Shown piece after piece: positions 10,542 through 19,944 of a stretch of 64,000 nucleotides of DNA. The stretch lies in NCBI GenBank assembly GCA_963708065.1, contig CAVPRZ010000004.1, positions 326,036 to 390,035 of the forward strand, written 5' to 3'. The notes under the pieces are model-generated. The model was not told the origin of the DNA, did not search any database, and worked only from the letters and a program-made list of their open reading frames with translations. The position numbers and the translations under genes were made by a program. Origin of the DNA: an uncultured Chloroflexia bacterium (GTDB lineage Bacteria > Chloroflexota > Limnocylindria > Limnocylindrales > CSP1-4). Numbering within the stretch: the stretch's first letter is position 1; each line of letters opens with the position of its first letter.

Positions 10542-11586
10542 CCGGCGGCCGCCCCCGCGGTCAGCTCGCGCGGGCGGCGACGGCGCCCCTCGGCGAGGCG
10601 ATAGGACCGCCAGCCGATCGTGCTCAGGGGCAGGTCCCACGCCCCGATGAGCCGGACCTCGCGGCCGCCGAAGCCCTCCTTGAACTGGCGGATGCCGGGA
10701 TGGACGAGCCCCCACATGTCGTACGACGTCGCGCCCTCGGCGCGGCTCGACCGGATCGCCTCCCACTTGAGGAGGTAGTTCGCCCGGAGCTCGGCGCCGG
10801 CCGAGGTCATCCCGCCGTACGGCTCCACGACGCGCGTCCCGCAGCGAACGAGGAGCAGCACGGCCCCGACCACGCCGGCGGCGTCCCGGGCGAACAGGAG
10901 CCGGGCCCCGCCGCCGGGCCGGAACGCGTCCCAGATGTCGCGATAGGCGGCCTCGGTCCGGATCGGCGTGTGGGTCCGGGTCGATGTCTCGGCCATGATC
11001 CGGTGGAACGCCTCGAAGGCGCCCGGATCCGCGTCGGCGTCGACGTCCTCGACGGTCACCCCGAGGCTCCGCGCCCGGTTGACGTACTGGCGCCACTTCG
11101 AGCGGAGGTCCGACCACAGGGCCGCCTCGTCCGCCGCCAGGTCGACGATCCGGGTGACGCTCGGCTGGACCTCCGGCGCGGAACGCCAGCCGAGCCGCTC
11201 GAGGGTCGCCCGGGCGGCCCCGCCGGCGTCGAGCGGCCCGTCGATCTCGATCTCCGGGTCGATCCGGACGTGGGCGACGCCCCGGCCAGGCCGTCGCGGG
11301 CGAACGAGGACCGGAGCGCCTCGCCCCAGCCGGCCAGCCCGGGCTCCGTCCACGGCGCGGCGAGCGGGCCACGCGGGGCGTAGCCGAAGGTCCACGGGAC
11401 CGCCCGCGGCCGACGGAGCAGGATCCGGGCACCGATCCGCGCCGCACCGCCCGGATCGGCCACGACGAGCCGGCTCGACCAGCCGTTGGCGGACTTGACC
11501 CTGGCCCAGGCGGCGGTCTGGAGGTAGGTGGCGAGCGGGTGGCTGGCGACGAACGCGTCCCAGGCGACCGAGGGGTCGCCGCTCAT
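10538..11586 (-). CDS. FemAB-family peptidoglycan bridge-forming aminoacyl/peptidyl transferase-like protein, one frame break near 11290
   Basis: MSGDPSVAWDAFVASHPLATYLQTAAWARVKSANGWSSRLVV... is the tail of ORF 11056..12828. It continues in ORF 10538..11395: VAHVRIDPEIEI...SKWRQYVNRARSLGVTVE...LLLVRCGTRVVEPYGGMTSAGAELRANYLLKWEAI...YDMWGL. Confidence 0.7.
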
Positions 11587-11600
11587 CGCGGCTCCGACCG

Positions 11601-13173
11601 TCACGGGCTCGCCGGACGGCGGAGGGCGTCGGACATGAGCCGCACGATAGTGCCGACCTCCGGGATCCGCAACGCCCGGCTCAGCCCGAGGTAGACGAGG
11701 CCCGCCAGTGACGTCACGACGGCGATCTCGGCGAGGAGGACGGGGCGTGCCGGCTCGGTCCCGAGGGCACCCTGCGCCGCGGTCAATGCGCCCCACGCGA
11801 CGAGGCTCGCGACGACCGCGCAGGCGAGCGCCACGACGCCCGACCGGACGACCTCCCCGACGTCGAACCCGCCGACCCGCCGCGACAGGGTCGCCATCAG
11901 GAAGCCGGCCTCCGCCCACGACCCGACGGCGATCGCGAGCCCGATCCCGGCCAGCTCGAGACGGCCGACGAGGAGCACGGCAAGCGTCACGTTGATGGCG
12001 ACGGCGAGGACCGCCGCGATCACCGGCGTCAGCGTGTCCCGGCTGGCGTAGAACGCCCGGGCGAGGATCGCGATCAGGGACTCCGACGCGAGCGCGAGCG
12101 AGAGGCAGACGAGGGCGGTCGCGGTCATCTCCACGCCCCGCTCGTCGAACCGGCCGTAGCCGAACAGGAGGGTCACGATCTCCGTCCGCATGACGATCGT
12201 CAGGCCGGCCAGCGGGAGCATCACCCAGACGATCAGCCGGAGCGCTCGCGTGACGAGGCTCACGTAGCTCGCGACGGCGCCGCGGGCGAGGTCGCGCGAC
12301 ATCGACGGGAGCATGACGACCCCGATCGGGATGCCGATCACGCCGATCGGGATCTGGAAGACCGAGAAGGCGATCGAGAAGGCGCTGACCGCGCCGACCC
12401 CGAGGTTCGACGCGAGCGACGTCGCCACGAGGAACGTGAGCTGGCTCGCCCCGAGCCCGAGCGCCCGCGGGACCATGAGCAGGAGCGCCTGGCGCGCGGA
12501 CGAGTCGCCGAGGTCGATCCGGTACGTCCACCGGAAGCCGGTCGCGCGAAGCGGCAGGAGCTGGACGCCGAAGTGGCAGGCCGAGCCCGCGACGACCCCG
12601 ACGGCGAGGCCGGTGATGCCCATCGACGGGTACAGGAAGAGCACCCCACCGATGATCGCCAGGTTGTAGACGATCGGCGCCACGGCCGACGCCGCGAACC
12701 GGCCCTTCGCGTTGAGGAGGCTCGTCGCCAGCGAGCCCAGGGCGAGCAGGATCGGGCTCACCAGCATGATCCGGGTCAGCTCGACCGTCTGCGCCTGCTG
12801 GGCGTCGGTGAACCCCGGGGTGATCCACGGGATGAGCAGCGGCGCGGTGACGAGCACGACCAGGGCGAGGGCGAGCAGGATCGCCAGCATCACGTTGGCG
12901 ACCGTCGAGGCGACCCGCCAGGCGCGCCCCTCCTCATCGGTCGCGAGGAGGCCCGAGATCGACCGGGATGAGCGCCGACGACAGCGCTCCCGCGGCGACG
13001 AGCTGGAAGATCAGGTCGGGCAGCCGGAACGCGGCGAAGAACGTGTCGAGCTGGGCGTTCGGGCCGATCTGGGTCCCGATGACGACCAGGCGGACCCAGC
13101 CGAGGAGCCGCGAGACGAGGAAGGCGACCGTGACGATCAGCCCGGCCCGGGCCAGCGAGCGGCCGCTGGTCAC
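11601..13173 (-). CDS. murJ: Lipid II flippase MurJ (MviN), one frame break near 12961
   Basis: The GTG at 13173 overlaps the xerC stop (GTGA). [71 protein letters not shown] continues as [29 protein letters not shown]... (ORF 11601..12893, a 14-TM-like MurJ pattern). Confidence 0.85.
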
Positions 13174-14144
13174 GACGATCGGGCGGTCGTGCGGGCGCGC
13201 GGGTGGGCGTCGAGGTAGGCCGATCGTAGCCGCGTCCCCGAGACGTGGGTGTAGACCTGGGTCGTCGCGAGGCTCTCGTGGCCGAGCAGCTCCTGGACGA
13301 CCCGCAGGTCCGCACCGCCGTCGAGGAGGTGGGTCGCGAAGCTGTGCCGCAGCGTGTGCGGCGACACGCCGAGGGGCAGGCCGGCCCGCGCCCGGAGACG
13401 GTCGAGCCGGAAGCGCAGCCCGCGCACGCCGAGGGCGCCTCCCCGCTGGTTGAGGAAGACCTCGGCCGGCGGGTCGCCGGTCCCGGGCCGGACCGGGCGA
13501 CGGCCGAGCAGGAACGGCCGCCCCTCCTGCAGATAGGCATCGAGGGCCGCCCGGGCGGGCCGGCCGAGCAACCCGATCCGCTCCTTGCGCCCCTTGCCCA
13601 TCACCCGGACCTCGCCCCGGCCGAGGTCGAGCGAGCCGAGCGTCGCGGCGGCGAGCTCGCTGATCCGGAGGCCCGCGGCGTAGGCCGTCTCGACGAGCGC
13701 CCGGTCGCGCAGGACGAGCGCGGCGGTCAGGGCCGGGGCGCGGGTCGTCCCGGCCGCCGCCCCCGCCGCCTCGGCGTCGACGGTCGCGAGGAGCGCCTCG
13801 ACCTCGCGCGCCTCGAGGACCTGGGGCAGCCGCCTGGGCTGGCGCGGGGTCGCGATGGCGCCCCACGGGTCGCCGGGGCACAGCTCGTTGCGGGTCGCGA
13901 ACCGGTAGAACGAGCGGATCGCCGCGAGGCGCTGGGCGACCGACGTCCGCGCGTGGCCCTGCGACAGGACCTCGAGGTAGGCGCGCAGCTCGGTCCGCGA
14001 CGGTCGCCGCCAGTCGATCCCGCGCTCGTCGAGCCAGGCGAGGTAGGCGCCGATCGCGGTGGCGTACGAGCGCCGGGTGTGGACGGAGGCGTCCCGGGCG
14101 GTCAGCCCGCCGAGGTACCGATCGAGGACGTCCGCTCCGGTCAC
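13170..14144 (-). CDS. xerC: Tyrosine recombinase XerC/XerD family
   Basis: C-terminal 324 aa of track ORF 13170..16604, starting at the GTG at 14144 that overlaps the topA TGA. Catalytic signature present: [37 protein letters not shown]. Frame intact. Confidence 0.85.
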   Translation of the reverse strand: MTGADVLDRYLGGLTARDASVHTRRSYATAIGAYLAWLDERGIDWRRPSRTELRAYLEVLSQGHARTSVAQRLAAIRSFYRFATRNELCPGDPWGAIATPRQPRRLPQVLEAREVEALLATVDAEAAGAAAGTTRAPALTAALVLRDRALVETAYAAGLRISELAAATLGSLDLGRGEVRVMGKGRKERIGLLGRPARAALDAYLQEGRPFLLGRRPVRPGTGDPPAEVFLNQRGGALGVRGLRFRLDRLRARAGLPLGVSPHTLRHSFATHLLDGGADLRVVQELLGHESLATTQVYTHVSGTRLRSAYLDAHPRARTTARSS

Positions 14145-16604
14145 GCCCCGGGCGCGCGCTCGGTTCCGCGGCTGCGGCCGGCCGTGCTCCGCCCGCTCGC
14201 CGCTTTCGTCGACCTGGTCCGCCCTCCGCCCCGGCCGCCGGAGCGACCGCCTCCGCGCGGTGCGCCGCGTCCGCCCCGGCTCGGACGGGCGAGGGCTGCC
14301 GGATCGGGCGGCCCGCCGGACACCGCCGTGCCGGGGACGATCGACGCGGCCGGCAGGTCGATCGTCGAGCCGCACTGGAGGCACATCGCCCCGTCCTCGC
14401 CCTTGCGGGCGACCGGCCCGGCGTCGGCGTCGTGGGTGGCGCCGAGCGGCTCGTGCGAGGTCGTGAAGTCGCACTTCGGGTAGCGCGAGCAGCCCCAGAA
14501 CACGGACCCGGTCCGCCGCGCGCGCCGTGGCGTCAGGCGACCCTCGCCGCAGCGCGGGCAGACGACCTCGAACGGGAGCGGGTCCGGCGGCGGCGGACCG
14601 TCGCGCTTGATGTAGTCGCAGTCGGGGTAGCGCGAGCAGCCGACGAACGGGCCGAACCGGCCGCGCTTCGCGACGAGCGTCCCGCCGTCCGTCGCCCCGC
14701 ACTTCGGGCACGCCTCGCCGACCCCGGGCAGGGCCGGGGTGTCCTCCTCCTCGCCCGGGAGCGGCCGCGACTCCTTGTGCTCGGGGAAGAGCGAGCAGGC
14801 GAGGAACCGTCCGTTCCGGCCGAGCCGGATGACCATCGGATGGCCGAGCGAGCAGACCTCGTCCGACGGCTCGGTCGTGAAGTCGCGCCGCCGGAGGACC
14901 GCCCGCTTCTCGTCGACGAGCTCCTTGAGCGGACCGTAGAACTCGCGCAGGAGCGGCACCCACGGCCGCTCGCCGCGGGCGACCTCGTCGAGCTCCTCCT
15001 CCATCCGGGCCGTGAAGGCCAGGTCGACGTACTCGCCGAAGTGCTCGACGAGCAGGTCGGTCACGACCTCGCCGATCGGCTCCGGGTGGAGCCGCCGGTC
15101 GACCACCGTGACGTAGCCCCGGTCGACGATCGTCGAGATCGTCGCGGCGTAGGTCGACGGCCGGCCGATCCCGTTGCTCCTCGAGGGCCTTGATCAGGGT
15201 CGCCTCGGTGTAGCGCGGCGGCGGCTCGGTGAAGTGCTGGACGGCGGTGACGTCGGCGACCTGGGTGACGTCGCCCTCGGCCAGCGCCGGGAGGGCGCGC
15301 TCGGCCTCCTCGGCGGCGTCGTCCTGGCCCTCGGTGTAGACCCGGCTGAAGCCGTCGAAGACGGTCTTCGACGCGCTCGCCCGCAGCCCGTACGCCCCGG
15401 CCGCCAGGTCGACGGTCGTCGTCTCGAGCTCCTTCTCCTTCATCTGGCTGGCGATCGCCCGCTGCCAGATCAGCCGGTAGAGGCGAGCCTCGTCGCGGCC
15501 GAGCGTCCGGGCAAGGGTCTCGGGGTCGCGCCGGAACGACGTCGGCCGGATCGCCTCGTGCGCCTCCTGGGCGTTCTTCGACTTCGTCCTGAACGGCCGG
15601 CCCTTGGGCATCGTGTAGGCGGCCCCGTAGCGCTCGTCGATGACCTCGCGCGCCTCGCCCATCGCCAGGCCCGACAGCGCGACCGAGTCGGTCCGCATGT
15701 AGGTGATCAGGCCGACCTGGCCATCGGGCGTCTCGACGCCCTCGTACAGCCGCTGGGCGACCGACATCGTCCGCTTCGGGCTGAAGCCGAGCTTGCGGCT
15801 CGCCTCCTGCTGGAGGGTCGACGTGGTGAACGGTGGCGCCGGGCTCCGCTTCGAGCGCTTGACGACGATCGACTCCACGACCGGGCGGCTCGCCCGGATC
15901 GCCGCGACGTGCCGGTTGGCCGTCTCGCCGTCGCCGATCACCGGCTTCTGCCCGTCGATCCGGACGAGCTCGGCGGAGAAGTCGGCGCCACCCGGGGCCA
16001 GGAGGAGGGCCTCGATCGTCCAGTACTCGACCGCGCTGAAGGCGCGGATCTCGCGCTCCCGGTCGACGACGAGCCGCACCGCGACCGACTGGACGCGGCC
16101 GGCGGACAGCCCGGAGCGGACCTTGCGCGAGATGAGCGGGCTGAGCGTGTAGCCGACCATCCGGTCGACGATCCGGCGGGTCTGCTGGGCGTCGACGAGG
16201 TCGCGGTCGATCGCCCGCGGGTGGGCGAACGCCTCGCGGATCGCCGGCTCGGTGATCTCGCTGAAGGTCACCCGGGCGGTCCGCTCGGGCGACAGGCCGA
16301 TCGCCTCCGCGACGTGCCAGGCGATCGCCTCACCCTCCCGGTCGAGGTCGGTCGCAAGGTAGACCCGACCGGCGCCACGCGCGGCTCGCTCGATCGCGGC
16401 CAGCTGCCGCTGCCGGTCAGGCGAGATCTCGTAGGTCGGCGCGAAGTCGTGCTCGACGTCGACGCCCAGCTGGCCCTTGCCCGGGTTCTCCGGCAGGTCG
16501 CGGACGTGGCCGTACGAGGCCAGGACCGTGTAGCCGGGGCCGAGGTAGCGTTCGATCGTCTTCGCCTTGGCAGGCGACTCGACGATCACCAGATTCGTGC
16601 TCAT
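14141..16604 (-). CDS. topA: DNA topoisomerase I with C-terminal zinc ribbons and a basic tail, one frame break near 15174
   Basis: [22 protein letters not shown]...[15 protein letters not shown]...ITYMRTDS...[16 protein letters not shown] is followed by [20 protein letters not shown].... ORF 14141..15106 carries several CxxC...C ribbons and a GR-rich tail. Confidence 0.92.
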
Positions 16605-16614
16605 GTCGCGGGGG

Positions 16615-16623
16615 AGTCTAGCA
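16615..16623 (-). promoter_or_regulatory. Extended -10 TGCTAGACT 10 nt before the topA ATG (leaderless or near-leaderless)
   Basis: The minus strand reads ccggTGCTAGACTcccccgcgacATG with no SD. The same nonamer occurs at 58044-58052. Confidence 0.45.
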
Positions 16624-16696
16624 CCGGCCCCTCAACGGCCGGTCAACGCCGCCCGACGGCGGCGGCCGATCCCCGGGCGCGCCCTTCGGGCGCGGA

Positions 16697-17030
16697 TCAG
16701 ACGTCCCGGACGCGGCGCAGGAAGTCCTCGTCGATCTCGAGGTCCTCCTCCGGCAGGTCGGCGGCGGCGAGCTTCGACTCGCCGGCCGCGACGCGTGGCT
16801 GGTCGTCCGCCGTCTGGTCGATCGTCCCCGGCGCGATCTCGATGAACCGCAGGTGGACGAGCGGGAAGAGGAAGACCGACTCGCTGTGGTCGGCCCAGAC
16901 CGGCCGCTTGCCGTTCAGGGTCCGTACGTTCGTGCACAGGACGGCGACGTCCGCGGTCGACGGGATCGAGTACAGGTCCGCGAGCAGCGGCTGCTCGTTG
17001 TTGATGTGCAGGACGGCGTTGCGGATCAGC
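16697..17030 (-). CDS. Small hypothetical protein with an acidic C-terminus; start codon unresolved
   Basis: Protein-like tail of track ORF 16697..17485: LTQLIRNAVLHINNEQPLLADLYSIPSTADVAVLCTNVRTLNGKRPVWADHSESVFLFPLVHLRFIEIAPG...DLPEEDLEIDEDFLRRVRDV. There is no ATG, GTG or TTG in frame between the upstream stop (17035) and this segment. Confidence 0.4.
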
Positions 17031-17034
17031 TGGG

Positions 17035-18657
17035 TCAGCCTTCCCAGAAGTCGACGACGAGGCGGACCCTGCCGTGACCGACCCACACCCCGATCCCGAC
17101 GTACTTCATCTTCGTCGACATGATGTTGGCGTAATGGCAGTAGCCGCCGCACGGCTTCTCGCTCTGGAAGTAGAGGTGCGTCCCGAGGACCGAGGCGTAC
17201 GGGTTGGCGGCCGAGCGGCAGCCGATGTTCTCGCGGTAGTCGCCCGGGTAGCCTGCGCGGCGGAGCCGGTCGCCCGGGTCGCCGTCGGCGAAGTGGCTGC
17301 AGATCCCGGTGTTGACCAGGTACCTGGCGTACGGCCGCGAGACGTTGGTGCTGATCCCGGAGCTGAGGATGAGCGGCGCGATCCCGCTCCCACCGGGGCT
17401 GCTGCAGTTGCCGTTCGAGGTGACCCAGCCGCCGCCGCGGGTGCAGTTCATGAGCTTGAGGTAGTAGGTTTCGACGGCGTGCCACGAGCCGGCGCCGACC
17501 GACCGGCCGTGACCGATGTGGACCGAGCGGCTCCGCGATCCGGCGGATGGCTTCGCGGCCACCTTGAACGTGGCCGCGCTGGCGGTGACCGCGGAAGCGG
17601 TCCGGTCGGTCGCCGTGGCGGCCACGGTCATCACGACCTTGGCCCCGTACGGCAGCACGGCCGCGGGCTTGAACACGAGGACGGTGTCGCCCTCGGCCCA
17701 GCTGAACTTGCCCTTGAGCTTCTTCGTCCCGATCCTCGCCCCGAACGCGGCCTCCGTCGAGGCGCGATCCATTCGGGCCGTGAAGCGGACCGACAGGAGC
17801 GCGGTCCGGTCGATCCCGGTCGACCCGGCGAACGGGCGGAAGCGGACGACCGAGGGGCCCTTCGCCGTGCGCACGGCGAGCGGGGCGAGCGGCGTCGTCG
17901 CGACGCCGTCGAGGTCACGGACCGCCCCGGCGATCGAGACGGTGTAGACGGTGTTCGCCGCGAGCGGCGCGCTCGGTGCGAACGTGACCTTCGTCCCACC
18001 GGCCGAGGTGGTCGACGTCTCGAACGTGCCGTCCACGGCCGGGTCCACGCGGAAAGCGGCCTCGAGCGCCGACACGTCGACCGGACCGTCGTACGTGACG
18101 GAGAACGTCGCGGCGGTCGAGACCCGACCCTTGACCGCTGCCTCCGACGCGGCGAGGCGCCCGCTGAGCGCGCCCCGGGTCGTGAAGATCGCCCGGGCCG
18201 GGGCTGCGAGCGGCTGGCCGGTCGTGTCGACGGCCGAGCTGGCGATCGTCAGCGTGTAGTACGTGCCGGGCTTCCAGCCGGCCTTCGGGGCGATCGTCAG
18301 CGACCGGCCGGCGGCGTCCCAGCTGAGCTGGACGCCCGTCGCCGGATCGACCTTGAGCGCCTTCTCGACGCTTGCCGGATCCATGGTCGAGCTGAACGAC
18401 AGGCGAACGGGCTCACGCAGCCCGTGGTGCGGCTCGATGCTCCCCGCGAGGGCGGCCGGCCCGATCTGGTCGACCGTCACCGGCGGGTGTGCCTGGATGC
18501 CGACGGGTGTTGCGAGCCCGACCGCCACGATGCCGCTGATGGCCACGGTGCCGATCCCGATCCCGACCCGGCCGGCGAGCATGCGCCGGAAGACGATCGG
18601 GCCATAGATGAGGGCGAGGATGGGCAGGGCCAGCGCCGCGGCAGCGAACTTTCGCAA
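17035..18657 (-). CDS. Membrane-anchored or secreted protein with tandem Ig-like (SbsA/Big-type) repeats and a C-terminal CAP/SCP (YkwD-like) domain
   Basis: TTG start at 18657, with AGGAG 8 nt upstream. N-terminal TM segments (LRKFAAAALALPILALIYGPIVF...). About four repeats of roughly 100 aa (VRLSFSSTMDPASVEKALKVDP..., FSVTYDGPVDVSALEAAFRVDP..., LSVRFTARMDRASTEAAF...). Cys-rich CAP-like end (...HYANIMSTKMKYVGIGVWVGHGRVRLVVDFWEG). Confidence 0.7.
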   Translation of the reverse strand: MRKFAAAALALPILALIYGPIVFRRMLAGRVGIGIGTVAISGIVAVGLATPVGIQAHPPVTVDQIGPAALAGSIEPHHGLREPVRLSFSSTMDPASVEKALKVDPATGVQLSWDAAGRSLTIAPKAGWKPGTYYTLTIASSAVDTTGQPLAAPARAIFTTRGALSGRLAASEAAVKGRVSTAATFSVTYDGPVDVSALEAAFRVDPAVDGTFETSTTSAGGTKVTFAPSAPLAANTVYTVSIAGAVRDLDGVATTPLAPLAVRTAKGPSVVRFRPFAGSTGIDRTALLSVRFTARMDRASTEAAFGARIGTKKLKGKFSWAEGDTVLVFKPAAVLPYGAKVVMTVAATATDRTASAVTASAATFKVAAKPSAGSRSRSVHIGHGRSVGAGSWHAVETYYLKLMNCTRGGGWVTSNGNCSSPGGSGIAPLILSSGISTNVSRPYARYLVNTGICSHFADGDPGDRLRRAGYPGDYRENIGCRSAANPYASVLGTHLYFQSEKPCGGYCHYANIMSTKMKYVGIGVWVGHGRVRLVVDFWEG

Positions 18658-18758
18658 TAGACAGTCTCCTGGCTCGTTGCCTGGGGTCAGCGGCTTCGTG
18701 CGGCTGTCTGATCTCGGGGCGCCGAAGATCACCCGAAAGCCTAGCACTCGACCACGGT

Positions 18759-19940
18759 TCAGGGCAAACCCGGCGCTGCGCCGGCCAGCACGCCCGCGGC
18801 ACGATAGCGCCCATAGGCGCCGCTGACCAGCCCCCGGATCTCGAGCAGCGTGAGCGTCCCGAGGACCGACGGGACCGCCAGCCCGGTCCGCTCGGCGAGC
18901 TCGTCGACGCTGGTTGCCCCCTCCGTCAGGGCCCCGGCGACCGCCCGCTCCGATCGGCCGAGCAGGGCGAGGACCGCCGCCAGCGACGGTCCCGCCTCCC
19001 CCGCCGGCCGGCCCGTGGCGTCCGGCTCGACGAGCTCCAGGTCGTCGAGCAGCTCGGCGATTCCGGTGACGACCCGCACCTCGCCCGGGTAGGCCCGGAG
19101 GAGGGCGAGGCAGCCGGCCGACTGCGGCGCGTCGATCGAGCCCGGCACGACGAAGCAGCCGCGGCCCTGCTCGAGCGCCCACCGGGCGGTGATGAGCGCC
19201 CCGCTGCCGGGCGCCGCCTCGACGACGACTGACGCGTCGGCCAGACCGCTGATGAGCCGGTTGCGCCGCGGGAACGTGCCATGGGTGGGACCGGCCTGGG
19301 GTGCCAGCTCGCTGACGATCGCGCCGCCGGTCTCGACGATCGCCGCCGCGAGCCGCCGATGCGCCCTCGGATAGAGCCGGCCGTGCCCGGAGCCGAGGAC
19401 GGCGACCGTCGGGCGACCGACCGCCACGGCCGCGGCATGGGCCGCCCCGTCGACCCCGACGGCCAGGCCGGACACGACGACCGCGCCGACCGAGGCCAGC
19501 CCGTCGGCGATCCGGGCCGCGATCCGCCGCCCGGCCTCGGTCGGCCGGCGCGTCCCGACGACGGCGATCGCGTGCTCCTCATCGAGCGCGGCGAGGGCAC
19601 CCCGAACGAACAGCACGGGTGGCGGCTCCTCGATCCGCCGGAGCCGGGCCGGATAGGCGGCGTCGTGGACGGTGGCAAAGGCGACATCGGCAGCGACCAG
19701 GCGGGCCAGGATCGCGTCCGGCTCGCGGGCGGCCTCCCCGATCGCGTCGACCATCGCTTGGGGCAGCCGGACCCGGTCACGTCGCGGGCCATCGCGGATG
19801 CGGCGCCGGCCGGCAGCCGTCGTCGCCAGGTCGAGGACGGCCGTCGCCGTCCCGTGCTCGCCGATGAGCAGCTCGAACGTCGTGGGACCGAGGCCGTGGA
19901 CGCCGGCCAGGATCGCCCACGCCTCGCGCTCGGCCGGCAC
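18759..19940 (-). CDS. dprA: DNA-processing protein DprA (Smf)
   Basis: Intact 393-aa ORF: VVGTRRPTEAGRRIAARIADGLASVGAVVVSGLAVGVDGAAHAAA...FPRRNRLISGLADASVVVEAAPGSGALITA, with a winged-helix-like C-terminus. Confidence 0.9.
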   Translation of the reverse strand: MPAEREAWAILAGVHGLGPTTFELLIGEHGTATAVLDLATTAAGRRRIRDGPRRDRVRLPQAMVDAIGEAAREPDAILARLVAADVAFATVHDAAYPARLRRIEEPPPVLFVRGALAALDEEHAIAVVGTRRPTEAGRRIAARIADGLASVGAVVVSGLAVGVDGAAHAAAVAVGRPTVAVLGSGHGRLYPRAHRRLAAAIVETGGAIVSELAPQAGPTHGTFPRRNRLISGLADASVVVEAAPGSGALITARWALEQGRGCFVVPGSIDAPQSAGCLALLRAYPGEVRVVTGIAELLDDLELVEPDATGRPAGEAGPSLAAVLALLGRSERAVAGALTEGATSVDELAERTGLAVPSVLGTLTLLEIRGLVSGAYGRYRAAGVLAGAAPGLP

Positions 19941-19944
19941 GGCC

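Noticed and set aside
8136-11447. 1103-aa ORF in the six-frame track, together with similar giants: 19672..22755 (+) 1027 aa, 40168..42906 (+) 912 aa, 38864..41650 (+) 928 aa, 3027..5408 (-) 793 aa, 58557..60512 (-) 651 aa and 15174..17123 (+) 649 aa.
   Set aside because: They are mostly Arg/Pro/Gly/Ala-rich read-through in off-frames or antisense strands of recognisable genes, as expected when stop codons are rare at this GC content. Only short stretches of them are real: the murE N-terminus and the DUF2993-like tail in 8136..11447, and pieces of mrfA and all of mrfB in 38864..41650.
13170-14144. Tyrosine recombinase as the integrase of a mobile element or genomic island.
   Set aside because: It is embedded in the conserved dprA-topA-xerC housekeeping synteny and translationally coupled on both sides. 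It has XerC/D-type motifs. There are no flanking direct repeats, att-like tRNA duplication, phage genes or compositional shift.
13170-16604. Apparent 1144-aa topoisomerase I - tyrosine recombinase fusion protein.
   Set aside because: The TopA frame is broken near 15174, and the correct TopA C-terminus (Zn ribbons, ORF 14141..15106) stops at 14141. XerC starts at a GTG that overlaps that stop. The long ORF is an off-frame bridge between two genes.
16605-16696. Three consecutive GC hairpins between the small acidic ORF and topA, considered as a riboswitch-like leader of topA.
   Set aside because: The promoter-like TGCTAGACT lies downstream of the first two hairpins and 10 nt from the ATG. These hairpins are therefore more simply terminator structures of the upstream unit. 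The third (ccggcc...ggccgg) overlaps the putative -35 to -10 spacer.
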